Origin: Chiloscyllium plagiosum
Lineage: Eukaryota
DNA: 62,864 nucleotides
Assembly: GCF_004010195.1 (NCBI RefSeq)
Contig: NC_057756.1
Span: 4,696,504-4,759,367, forward strand
Reading direction: 5' to 3'
The translations under genes and the position numbers were made by a program. Positions 12,703-24,036 of the stretch are shown here, piece by piece; position 1 is the first letter of the stretch, and each line of letters opens with the position of its first letter. The notes beneath the pieces were generated by a model. That model saw only the letters and a program-made list of their open reading frames with translations, ran no database searches and had not been told where the DNA came from.

Positions 12703-13574
12703 TTAATTTTAATAACTCAATAGTTACTCATAGAAATCTAATGTTATATCACTGGGATGCTTTTTTGCCATTATTATGGCAATAATGTTTTTTTCAAATT
12801 TAAAAAAAAGTTATGATATTTCAGCTACTTTAATCCCATGTGTATCACTGATGATTTGTATTTACTCTGTGGAAATTTTAATTGAGTAGAAGATTTTACT
12901 GCATTTTACTTTCTGATTTGCTGTTTGAGAATACTTCAGTGTAATTGGCTGCCAACTCCCTGCGGTGATATCACTGTTACTGTATGCCTAGTGTTTGTCT
13001 TGATCTTGCACATATCAAGAAAGGGAAACTTCATGCCTCAGAGATCACTAGATAGCAGAAAATCCCTTTAATACTTCAAAGTACTCTTTTGGTATGATCC
13101 TAGATATTGAATATTGTTAGATATTATTACTGGAGCGAATCATAGATTTACATTTAAATAGTTCCCATTTCTGTCTTTGTTCACTCCTTTCCTCAGCAAT
13201 ATTTTGTGTTTGATTTTGTCTACTTTCTGTGGTTTTATTTACCCTAATGAAGAAGAGCATATCTTCTCAACATCACAACTATTGATCTCACCCTGCTTGG
13301 CTGTTGTATGGAACCCCCTACGTGTTAACCCCTTAAAGCCAAATACATAACAATATTGTCAAATTTGATGGAATTTTAATGCATTTACTTTAGGGGAAAT
13401 TTGGCATGTTAATATGCTGCAGTTTTTCTTATCTGCGATGTTTTGTGTTATGTTGCTGAAAATATTACTGATGAAATACTTAGCAGTTGTAGTAAAATCA
13501 TGCGTATACTTAGGATGAAGAAGATTATGAGTACCACATATGCTTGGTCCAGTTCTTGTTGGATTCATTTGGAT

Positions 13575-14071
13575 ATCAAAGTTGAAACTTTATTGCTGGA
13601 ACAGCACAGCAGGTCAGGCAGCATCCAGGGAACAGGAGATTCGACGTTTCGGGCACAGGCCCTTCTTCAGGAATGAGCAGAGAGTGTTCAGCAGGAGAAG
13701 ATAAAAGGTAGGGAGGAGGGACTTGGAGGAGGGGAGTTGGAAGTGGAGGAGATGCGGTGGAGGGCACCGTCGACCACGTCGCCTTCCTGACCTGCAGTCT
13801 TCTTGTTGACCTCTCCGCCTCCATCCTACTCCGACCTATCACCCTCACCTTGACCTCTTTCCACCTATCACATTTCCAACGCCCCTCCTCCAAGTCCCTC
13901 CTCCCTACCTTTTATCTTCTCCTGCTGAACACTCTCTGCTCATTCCTGAAGAAGGGCCTGTGCCCGAAACGTCGAATCTCCTGTTCCCTGGATGCTGCCT
14001 GACCTGCTGTGCTGTTCCAGCAATAAAGTTTCAACTTTGATCTCCAGCATCTGCAGACCTCACTTTCTCCT
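13575..14071. mobile_element. PLE family B hairpin element (168-bp inverted arms plus 30-nt tail)
   Basis: 13575-13742 is the reverse complement of 13874-14041 with one mismatch; tail at 14042-14071. Confidence 0.92.
13942..13977 (+). ncRNA. Minimal type-I hammerhead ribozyme (mirror copy on minus strand at 13639-13674)
   Basis: attc-CTGAAGA-A-GGGC-ctgt-GCCC-GAAAC-GTC-gaat: 4-bp stem I, 4-bp stem II, palindromic ACGT stem III, GUC cleavage triplet. Confidence 0.8.
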
Positions 14072-14073
14072 CG

Positions 14074-14341
14074 CATGGTACATTGCGGAAACCGAGCAAA
14101 GACTACGACAAAGATGAATGGGCAGTGCAAAACAATCAACAGACAGAAGGGTTCCCTCCCAGTTTGGGAACACTTCTTTGGTCCAGGACATTCAGCCTCG
14201 GACCTTCGGGTGACCATCCTCTAAGGTGGACTTCGGGACACGCAGCAGAGGAAAGTGGCCGAGCAGAGGCTGATAGCTAAGTTCACTACCCGTAGGGAGG
14301 GCCTCAACTGGGACCTTTGGTTCATGTCACATTACAGGTGA
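14074..14341 (+). pseudogene. PLE GIY-YIG endonuclease C-terminal half (decayed)
   Basis: AWYIAETEQRLRQR... SLPVWEHFFGPGHSASDLRV... EQRLIAKFTT...GLN..FMSHYR*, with stops and a frameshift. Confidence 0.85.
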
Positions 14342-14946
14342 TCACCATTGCACTACACAAACACACAGACATTCCTACACACACACACACTCACATACAC
14401 ACGGACACGGGTACACACAGACACCCACAAACGCCCTTATGGACACACACACACCCACACATTCACCCCCTCACAGACTTAAGACACTCTGCACTCACTA
14501 CACACACACACACACAGACTTTCTCACACTCACATGCACACATATATTTTGTGGGGTGAATTTGTACTTGCAGAGTTACATTGCACTTTGCTCAAAAACC
14601 ACATACATTCATGTAGAACTCTGAGCTCAAAAACTGCATGAATTTATGTAAAACTCTGTTATCTCACTTTTTAGATTAGAATCAATCTAAACATCAGGTC
14701 ATAGACAGAGAACACAGGGGGATAACACCTTCAACATATTGTCTAGCTATCACCATTGTTAACAGCTAACCCGAGAATGCAACTTTAAAAAAAAGGGTTT
14801 TGTGATTTACACATGAAAGAAGTGAAAGTATCACTGTATTCTAACAAATGAAAGTCTTAACAGACAAACAATTTTTCATGTATAATTTCAGTTACTGCAA
14901 AATTGTGCTATAAATTCGGTGTTATTATCGAACCCTCCACAATCAT

Positions 14947-14974
14947 CTGATGAAGGAGGTCACCCCGAAAGCTA
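14947..14974 (+). ncRNA. Hammerhead motif in 3' pLTR (stem II degraded)
   Basis: CTGATGA-A-GGAGGTCACCCC-GAAA-GCTA. Confidence 0.5.
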
Positions 14975-15460
14975 GTGTGCTTCCAATTAAACCTGTTGGA
15001 CTATAACCTGGTGTTGTGTGATTGTTAATTTTGAAAGTAAGGTTTTGAGGACCTTATCTAGATGAAAGGAGATTGAGTGAGGTGAATAGTTCGATAAGGA
15101 CTCCAGGCAGAAAGTTATCTCAAAGCGCATGCAATGTGGATATGCTCAAAAGATGTTTTGACATGTAAGTAAAAATAAAGGAGACTGTGTTATTGGTTAC
15201 AACAGAGAAGAAAAAACCAAGTTCAGATTATTCTGAATTGGGCATTCCTCAAATTAAATCGGGCAATGAGGGAGTTGTCAAAAACAAGGAAACATTATTG
15301 AGTTATCATCCAGAGAAAACCCAAAGTGGCCTGAAAGAGTTTTGACTATCAGATGGGGAGTTGTGTGGAAATAAGTTTGGAAGTAATAAAATAATTATCA
15401 TGATGTATATATTGGAGATGTTGTTCCAATTAAGCAAAATCATTATAGGCAAAACCCTTG

Positions 15461-15863
15461 TACAATGCCGACCCCTTCCCAACACCACTCCCTGTCAGTC
15501 CCCTGCGCCCACCCAACACCTCCTCCCATCCAACACTGCACCTTGGCCAGCACCGCCCCCTACCCTAAACCGCTCCCACCTGCCCCAAAGCCCATCCAAC
15601 ACCACCCCCGCCCAAAACCGTCTCCTGGGGATGATGGGTGAAGTGGATTTATGGTACACACCTCTGTAGAACTCCAGGAAAAATGTGGGGGTAGAGAGAG
15701 AGGGCGTGAGTTCAATCCTTTGGAAACAGTGCCTATTTGATCACTGTAAACAGAAGACGTGACCAGTGTTGGAAACATGTAATGTTTCTATCGAGACCTT
15801 GAGATCTCCTTCGGATAATCCAATATCCGGAAAACTGATAATCGGATAATTGAGGTTCCTCTG
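15461..15863. mobile_element. Tigger-like MITE remnant at the Gmr1 RT deletion
   Basis: Right terminus CGGATAATTGAGGTTCCTCTG with subterminal CGGATAAT repeats; left terminus not recognisable. Confidence 0.5.
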
Positions 15864-16444
15864 CATTAGCCACACTTAATTACGCAAAGGCGTGAAAGGT
15901 GGCTATCAATGCAAGCGATATTGATGTCGGTGTGATCTCTTGCAGGAAAGCAATGACAAGATAAATAGATTTATCAGGTATTTCTCCAAGAAACTGAAAA
16001 TTAATCAGCAGAAATATTCACCATCTGAGAAGGAGACTTTGAACTTGGTGTGGCCGTTATAACATTTCAGTACTGTATCTAAGAAAATCGCGTGCTCTGG
16101 TCATAATCTATTGTGGATCTGTTTATGTGGAGCTTGTTGGTTCAGCCATTCATTTTGTAAATGGAACATGTGGCAGCTCGAGAAAACATGTTTGCCAATG
16201 CATTGTCAGGACATGCATGAGAAACAGCTATATTGCATGGCAGGAATAAATCAGACTAGAAGAAGATGTGGCAATGAATACTTGCATGATTACATTAATG
16301 TAATGTATATGGGTGTTATAGTGTCCTAACAATTTAGGATTCAGGGTTTTTAATTGAAGCCATTTTGGATATTGATTGTTCTGGGTTTTTTTAGGGGGTA
16401 TGGTGTGATGATGCTGCTCGTTTATCAAGGTTATTTTAGATTTT

Positions 16445-16755
16445 AGATTAGATTACAGCACAGCGTGGAAACAGGCCCTTCGGCCCAACAAGTCCACACC
16501 GACCCGCCGAAGCGCAACCCACCCATACCCCTACATTTACACCTTACCTAACACTACGGGCAATTTAGCATGGCCAAGTCATCTGAGCTGCACATCTTTG
16601 GACTGTGGGAAGAAACCGGAGCACCCGGAGGAAACCCACGCAGACACGGGGAGAACGTGCAAACTGCACAAAGTCAGTCGCCTGAGGCGGGAATTGAACC
16701 CGGGTCTCAGGCGCTGTGAGGCAGCAGTGCTAACCACTGTGCCACCCTGCTGTCC
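16445..16755 (-). mobile_element. HE1-like tRNA-derived V-SINE
   Basis: Minus strand has A/B boxes, the V-domain GGTTTCCTCCGGGTGCTCCGGTTT and an (AATCT)n tail; TAGATTTT duplicated at 16437-16444 / 16757-16764. Confidence 0.93.
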
Positions 16756-16845
16756 ATAGATTTTTTTTCAGAGAGTTTCGAAAAGATTCAGACTCTGAAA
16801 AGTCTGAGTTTGAAGGGTTTTTTGGGCCAATTTGCTTATAACTAA

Positions 16846-17565
16846 TGTTTTGAAGATACAGGTGTGCACATTACCTTTAAGCGAAAGTGGAAGCTGGCAC
16901 AGACCTAGAAAAGCACAGAGTGTGCTGAGACAATTAAAAACGTAACACTTGGCTGTGAAACAATCAGTTGGAGCTGAGTTGCCATGGTGCACGACAAATT
17001 TGAATTTGGCCAATCAGTTTAAATTATGCTTCAAGATAATAAAATGCAACTGAGTCTGAATTTATTGATTATTTCAAATCAATCAGATGGTCCGATGTTT
17101 GGGGTATATAAAATCAGGCAATTTGGAGTTAGCCAGAGTGCAAAAAAGCACCTTAAGACTGCGCCCACAAAATCGTTCTCTGAAAGGTACCTAGCCACAT
17201 GAAATATGTGCAGCAAAAGATCGAAAAGACCCAGAACAATGTACCGGAGAAACTACGAAGGGAAGATGGAAAGCTGACTGCCTTTGACATTTGAATGTTT
17301 TCTTTGTTAAACTTAATCACAGGGGTTATCTGATCATTACATTGGTGTAGAGTGGAAGGCAGATAAATTGATCAGAAAAAGGAGGTTCACACAGTAGAAA
17401 GTTGTTGTTTAATGTTTTTTTTTTAACTTTGAGTTAAAGAATAAATTGGTTTTTTTTAAAATTTAGTAGTTCTTTGTCACTCATAGTTTAACAGATTACA
17501 AGACGAGGTGAGCTTTTCTGTGTGCCTGGTTGAAATTAGCAAATGTTGTACCCCATGTTGTAACA
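16846..17565 (+). mobile_element. Solo LTR (family B) inserted in the 3' LTR of Gmr1 copy 1
   Basis: TG...CA ends; similar to 1621-2390; imperfect TSD CTAA/CAAA; flanks rejoin to match the 6286-6927 LTR. Confidence 0.8.
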
Positions 17566-18103
17566 CAAACAGATACTGCTTCAGCAAAAAGCTTTCAATT
17601 TTTTAGAAAAAATACACTCGTAAAATTAGAGAAGATTGGTCAGTGCTCCCAGCTCAGATTTACTCTGGTTTGGTTTGTTTTTTCAGCCTGGCTAATCACT
17701 GAAAGCAGTCAGGGAGTTTTTGAGGATGCTGATCCAAGAAACAGCTACATGGAAGAGGATGTTCCATTCCACCATCTTTCTCTCTCTCTCGTAAGGCCCT
17801 GTATTCGATTTTGCATTTTGAGTGAAAGGGGTTTATGGGAATTGTTAGAATTATTTGGAGCAGCATCATTAAGTTGTGGTGATCTGTTGGGTTTTTGGAT
17901 AGTTAACATTAGTCTGTATCCTGTCCTCTTTTGTTTGTGTTTCATTCAGTAATCTTGAAAACAAATCCTGTTTTGTTTGAAACTAAGTGGCTTGACTTCT
18001 CTCCTGGAATATCCATTCTACACCCGCTGAAAACAACCAGCAAATTTAGGATCTGGGCCATTTTCTTGGAACGGTTTAAGGGGGACTGGCCTGGTCCATA
18101 ACA

Positions 18104-21100
18104 ATGTCGTGAGTCCTGTTGAGGTTCTGGTCAATGATAACCTTCATATTGTTGATAGTGGGAGATTCAATGATGATAATACCATTGAATGTGAAGGAGC
18201 TGTGGTTAGATTGTCTCTTATGGGTGATGGTCATTGTCTGGTATTTATATGTTACAAATTTTACTTGTCACTTGTCAGCCCAAGCCTGGATATTGTCTGG
18301 GACTGGTTGCATTTGAGCATGGACTGCCTCAGTACCTGAGGGTCTGTGAATGCTGTTAAACATTGTGCAATCATTGGCAAACATCCACACTTCTGTCCTT
18401 ATGATGGAAGGTCATTGATGAATTGGATGAAAATGGTTGGGCCAGGACATTATTTGGAGTAATACCTTTCTAGATATATTTGAACTCAGATGACTGACCT
18501 CCAACACGCCCAACCATTGTCCTATGTGTCAGGTATGTATCTCCAACCACTGGAGATTTTGCACCCGATACCCATTGATTCCCAGTTGCTTTTTTCAGGC
18601 TCCTTGATGCCACACTCTTTCGCATGCAAACTTGATATCAAGGGCTGTCAAACTCCCGTCACCTCTGCAATTCATCTTTTTTGTCGATGTTGAACCTAGG
18701 TTGCTATAATGTTAGGAGCTGAGTGTCCCTGGCTGAATCCAAACGGGGCGCCACTGAGGAGGTACTGTTGATCAGGTGTTGCTTGATCGCACTGTTGATG
18801 ACACCTTCCATCACTTTACTGATGATCGAGAGTAAACTGATGGGCCAGGAATTGCCTGGGTTGGATTTGCTCTTCTTCTTATGTACAAGTCAAACCTGGA
18901 CAATTTTCCACATTGTCATGTAGATATCTGTCTTGCAACTGTCCTGGAAGAGCTTAGCTATTGGTGCAGCAAGTCCTGGAGCACAAGCCTTCAGTACTCT
19001 TGGTGGAATGTTGTCATGGCACGCACTCTTTGCATTAATCAGTTTATTGATATCACGTGGAGTGAATCGAATTTGCTCAAGACTGGTGTCTGTAATATTG
19101 GGCACCACCGAAAGAGACTGAGATGGATCACTCACTCAGCACTACTGGCTGAACATTTCTGTAAAAGCTTCAGTCTTATCATTTGCACTGATATGGTCGT
19201 CTCTTCCGTCATTGTGGATGGAGACAATTGTGGACCCGACTTCTCCATTGAGTTGTTTAACATTCCAACATTCACGACTAGATGTGGCACATCTATACAT
19301 ATTTAATACGATTCATTCGTTGTGGGATTGCTTAGCTCTGTCCAACACTTACTGTTCATGCTGTTTGCAAGTAGTCCTGTTTGGTGATACAACCAGGTTG
19401 ACACCTCATCTTTATATATGCCAGGTGCCATTCCGCCATGCTCTGCTGCACTTTTTATTGAACCAGGTTGGATGTGACAGTTGAGTGGGGGATATGACAG
19501 GCTATGACTTTACAGATTGTGATGGAGTACAATTCTGCTGCTGTTCATAGCCAACAGCGCCTCCGTTGCTAGATCTGTTTGAAGTCAGTCCATTTAGCAT
19601 GATTGATTAACACGCTGGATGTTATTCTTAATGTGGAGGTCACTGTCACCAATAATATCACGGAGAGATGTTTTCTGCAACCAACAGATTGGTATGGATG
19701 AGGTCAACCATGTTTTTCCCTCTTGATGGTTCCCGCACTATCTGCTGCAGAATCATATCCTTTAAGACTCGACCACCTTATTCTATAATACTGCTGACAA
19801 ACCACTCTTGGTAGTAAATATTGAAATCTCTAACCCGCAATACATTTTATGCCCTTGCCACCCTCATGCTTCCTCTCAGTGTTGTACAATGTGGAAGAGT
19901 ATTGATTGATCAGAGGGCGGTTTGTGGTCATCAGGAGAAGGTTTTCTTGACTATGGTTAACTAGAAGCCATGAGACTTCATGGAGTCAGGCAGCAATGGT
20001 GAGAACTTCCAGGCAATTCTCTCCCAAATGCATACCACAGTGCCGCCACCTCTTCCTGGTCTGTCTTGCCGGCGGGACATGAAATATCCAGAGTTAGCGA
20101 TGGTGATGTCCAGTAAGGCATAATTACGTAAGTATGACTATGGCAGGCTGTTGTTTGACTAGTCTGTGAGACAGTTTTGGCGCTAGTCCCCAGATGTTTG
20201 TAAGGAGGACTTTGCAGGATCGACAGGGCTGTTTCTTCCATTGTCTTTCCGGTACATAGTTTGATGCCAGGTGATCCATTCGGTTTCATTTATTTCAGAG
20301 TTGTAACGATTGGTACAACTAAATAGTTTGCTAGGTTATTTCAGTTAAAAGTCATCAACATTGCTGTGAGGCTGAAGTCACAAGTAAGCCAGACCAAGTG
20401 AGAATCGTAGATTTACTTCCCTGAAAGACATTCATGAACCAGTTGGGTTTTTCTGGGTTTTTTTCCGAAGGAGAAGGCGACTTCTCTCTGATAATTGATA
20501 CATAAGCACCCGGATGGGAGCACCTCACAATCTGATAAAGAACTGTGACAAGTGTTATGACTTACCTCTCACCCCTACAATCTGTTATAAAGGAGCGGTT
20601 AAATGAAATGAAATCCTTTTACTTCCTCTAAATTTAACAAGCAAAATGTATTTATCTGACTTCAACAGTGAACAACTTAACAGAACAACTAACAAACTGA
20701 ACAATCCCACTGAACTACCTATTCCTGAATAAATTAGGATTCTATTGGCATGCTGTTACAATAACATACGTCCCACTTATATAAATCCAGGTAACAAGAA
20801 AACAATAACTTAAAGCTTAGTCTCTCAAAGAGCACACATACCGCATCTTTGGAATGCTTTTCACCCTCTCTGATGATTCTGCTGTCAGGGATGCTTTTCC
20901 TGTAATTCTTCTGTTCTAAACACGTCTCTCCATCAAATTCCGGTCTCAAGAATATTTTCTACCTGTGCTATTTGCCTTTATACATAAATGTCGCTTTTAT
21001 TAGGCAGCGTGGAGATTTCCTGTGAGAGTCTGGCATTTATTGCTCAGATGGTACGTTTACTCTCTCCAGATGGCAGTTGGCTCTCCCTCACTCCTTGTCC

Positions 21101-21352
21101 AATTCATTTCAGCATACAAAGCACGTTACCTTAAAAGGATGAAGCCATGCTTTCCCCCATTTTACAATTTTATCATTTTTAAAACCAACTTCGTGACAAA
21201 ATCAGCAACGTTTTCATCAGTAGCTTCTTAATTCCAGGATTTCATTTTGTTGAATTTAAAATCCACCGTCTGTCATAGTGGAATTCAAAAGCACATGCCC
21301 ATAACATTAGCTGAGTTTCTGCACTAATCGTCCAGTAATGATACCACTAGGT
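18104..21352 (-). mobile_element. Old CR1/L2-group LINE (EN-RT) with SINE-like 5' leader
   Basis: Minus-strand DNIPPRVLKACAPGLAAPIAKLFQ...WKIVQV and HKKKSKSNPGN..PISLLSIISKVMEG RT motifs; endonuclease region ~19600-20200; tRNA-like head ~21260-21352. Confidence 0.75.
20533..21198 (-). mobile_element. Probable LTR with degenerate tRNA-Pro PBS, inserted in the LINE leader
   Basis: TG...CA-bounded block interrupting the LINE 5' region; the minus strand continues into GAGGTGCTCCCATCCGGG, which is PBS-like. Confidence 0.45.
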
Positions 21353-21691
21353 TTTCACATTCACTATTGCAACTTAGTTAGGCAGGCATATCAATGTTGA
21401 GCTTGCAAAAGCACATGGCCAGTAAATGAATACGTTTGAAAACGTTTCTGTTCATAAAATTAAAGTGAATCTAAAGCAACGGGTTCAAGATTATATGAGG
21501 CTGACATTGAAATCTTCAGTAGAGGTCTTGCTCTTCCTAAACAGTAGCAAAGCAAGCAAGTCTGGAAGAATTAAGCTATATCTAATTACAGAAAGCAGAG
21601 CTTCCAAGGAAAGATGAAAAAAACTCACATGTAGCCACATCTTTTTGAAATAGTTATCCTCCTGTGAAATAAAGTGACAAGACAACTTGAA

Positions 21692-21975
21692 TGGCACGGT
21701 GCCTCAGTGATCAGCATTGCTGCCTCACAGCACGATGGATGTGATTTCTATTCCATCCTCAGGCAACTGTCGATATCGACTTTACACATTCTCACCGTGC
21801 CTGTGTGGCTTTGATGCAGATGCTCACGATTTCCTCACAGAGTCAAAAGCGAAGGTTATGTGAATAGTCCATGCTGAATTGTCCTTAGTATCCCAGGAAT
21901 GTGCAGGCTAATAGGTTGAGCATGGAAAATGAAGGTTTACAGAAATGAGGTAGCAAGGTGGGTCTGGGTGAGATG
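21692..21975 (+). mobile_element. Degenerate HE1-like V-SINE
   Basis: GGCACGGTGCCTCAGTG..CAGCATTGCTGCCTCACAG head and degenerate V-domain. Confidence 0.8.
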
Positions 21976-21978
21976 TGA

Positions 21979-22310
21979 GAACGTAGGACATTACAGCGCA
22001 GCACAAGCCCTTCAGGCCACGATGTTGCTGCGACCTGTGAAACCAATCTGAAGCCCATCCAACTTACAATGTTCCATTTTCGTCCATATGTCTATCCAAT
22101 GACCATTTAAATGACCTAAAGTTTGGCGAGTCGACTGCTGCTGTGGACAGTGTCTTCCACTACCCTACTATTCTCTAAATAAAGAAACTACCTCTGGCAT
22201 CAGTCCTATTCCTATAACTCCTCAATTTAAAGCTATGCCCCCTCGTGCTAGCCATCAGCCATCATCATCCAAGGAAAAAGGCTCTCTCTGTCCACACTAC
22301 TTAACTCTCC
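21979..22310 (-). mobile_element. CR1 3'-end fragment
   Basis: Reverse-oriented CR1 3' UTR and ORF2 terminus. Confidence 0.75.
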
Positions 22311-22907
22311 ACTTATGTTCTTCAGAGAACATGTGTCGACTCGAAGGGATGAATATCCTGCTTGCAGACTGTGAGGACTCTATGTTTCCAACTGTTGAGA
22401 ATCATTAACAGAATTAGCACTTACTGAAACAAATTAAAGCAATACAAAAAGGTTTTAAATGATTAGTGCTAACGATGACTCGCCAGAATCGAAACACTAA
22501 CTCCGTTTTTATTCACACAGATGCTACCATACCTGCTGAGTTGTGACAGCAATTTCTGCTTTTGTTTCAAATCTCGACCACCTACAAAACTTTGTTTTAC
22601 CGAATGGAATCCATCTGTCTATTTAAATTTTAATAAATATTGACTCAGAACTGTGAGTCAGAACTGACTGGTGTATTTGCATGACAACATCGTAACCAAT
22701 CACAGCCCGCTTGCTATCCAATGTGAATTGCCCTCTGACGCATTAGATGTGTTGTCTTTCCCTTAAATTCGTACGCTTGAGAATTCCTTTTTGAGTTCAG
22801 GGTGAAACTCTTCTACAAACTGTGTCTTCCTCCTTTAAGAATACGTGCAATTTTGTAAAGTAACAATGAACATGCTATTTAATGACAACAACTGCAAAGC
22901 ATAGGTG

Positions 22908-23190
22908 CGGCATGGTGCCTCAGTGGCTAGCACTGCTGCCTCCAAGCCCCAGCGTCCCACGTTCGATTGCACTCTTAGCAACTGTCTGCCTGGAGTTCGC
23001 GCATTCTCCTCGTGTCGGCGTGGGGTTTTTTCAGGCTTCCTCCCACAGTCCAATGGTGGGTGAATTGGTCATGCTCAATTGCCCACAGTGTCAGGTGCAT
23101 TCGTCAGAGGGAAATGGGTCTGGGTGGGTTACTCTTCGGCGGGCTGGTTAGGCTGAAGGGTCTGTTGTCCACACTGTAGGGAATCTAATA
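22908..23190 (+). mobile_element. HE1-like V-SINE
   Basis: tRNA-like head, CTCCCACAGTCCAA V-domain remnant, AATCTAAT tail. Confidence 0.85.
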
Positions 23191-24036
23191 AAACAAGTAG
23201 TCCAGGAATCAATGCATCATATATAATTTATTTAGATGTGCCCATCTTGAATATCTGAATAATGTTTGAAACTACGTAAAATTCAAATGCAGACAGACTA
23301 AAAAAACATCACTGGTATAGCACTATGGTTATGCCAAATTGTTTTACTTCTTATTTAATGATGACTTTATTTTTAATACAAGTTACGCTTTCAGTGAAGT
23401 CTTCATCCTAACGAGATGTTGTGGAGCACAGCGAAATGAAACTTACCAGGGACATATTCGTTCTAAATATAATTTGCGAGAGCGTTTATTTCTCTACAAA
23501 TGATGATTATCACTTAAAACAATTTTAGAAAATTATGTTTTGTTTATTACTCAAGAAATATTATACACTCATGTACTGTCATTGGCATCATCAAAAGAGA
23601 AAAATAAATTTCTTCAGGTGAGATATCAGACAGCAAACAATTGCTCAACTGTTTCTTATCGACACCTAACTCATATGTGCAATTCAAAAATGAAATTTCT
23701 GCTGCTATTTAGTAAGTTGCTATTTATGCCATGATCATACTGAAATATGAAATCGTGTCACTATTGGCAAAGCAGAATAAAGCAGATAACAATAGGATGT
23801 ATTTTTGTATGAGTAAGAAATTCAAAATATACTTAAACAATTTCAAAATTAATCTCAGCATAAAGATCAAAAATGCATCAACGCAACAGTAAATTAAATA
23901 CCAAATATGCTAATGATTATTCGATTTTTATGAAATGGAGCCGCCATGGAAAAGTCTTGGACAACATAATGATTAGATCTTTATTTTTTCAACGGGAAAC
24001 GAAATGAAAGCAGAATGCAAAATTGTTTTTTTTTTA

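Larger units (their letters stand above)
8456..15033 (+). mobile_element. Penelope-like element (family A) with inverted 5' terminal repeat, RT, GIY-YIG remnant and 3' pLTR
   Basis: 8496-8865 plus 10376-10490 is the reverse complement of 14558-15033. RT at 10491-11328, endonuclease C-terminus at 14074-14341. The host Gmr1 integrase reads continuously across it (…ELLK / KVRF*GPY…), with flanks TTTTAAAAG / TTTTGAAAG. Confidence 0.88.
4670..18103 (+). mobile_element. Gmr1-like Gypsy LTR retrotransposon copy 1, heavily nested, RT deleted
   Basis: Partial 5' LTR ends CATAACA at 4945. Gag (EFKNTLSEVV...DDYEL, zinc knuckle ~5783), protease region ~6055, integrase ~7390-8455 resuming at 15034, RNase H remnant ~15864-16075. 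Purine tract ~16392-16403, then 3' LTR TGTGATG 16404 to CATAACA 18103. Confidence 0.85.

Noticed and set aside
13575..14071. CRISPR-like or terminator interpretation of the palindromic repeats
   Set aside because: No repeat-spacer array and a eukaryotic context; fully explained as PLE termini.
14350..14545. His/Thr-rich ORFs
   Set aside because: Translation of a (CA)n-rich tract inside the PLE pLTR.
16445..16755. tRNA genes at SINE heads (also 22908, 51580, 54223)
   Set aside because: A/B boxes belong to tRNA-derived SINEs with V-domain and LINE-like tails; no complete cloverleaf.
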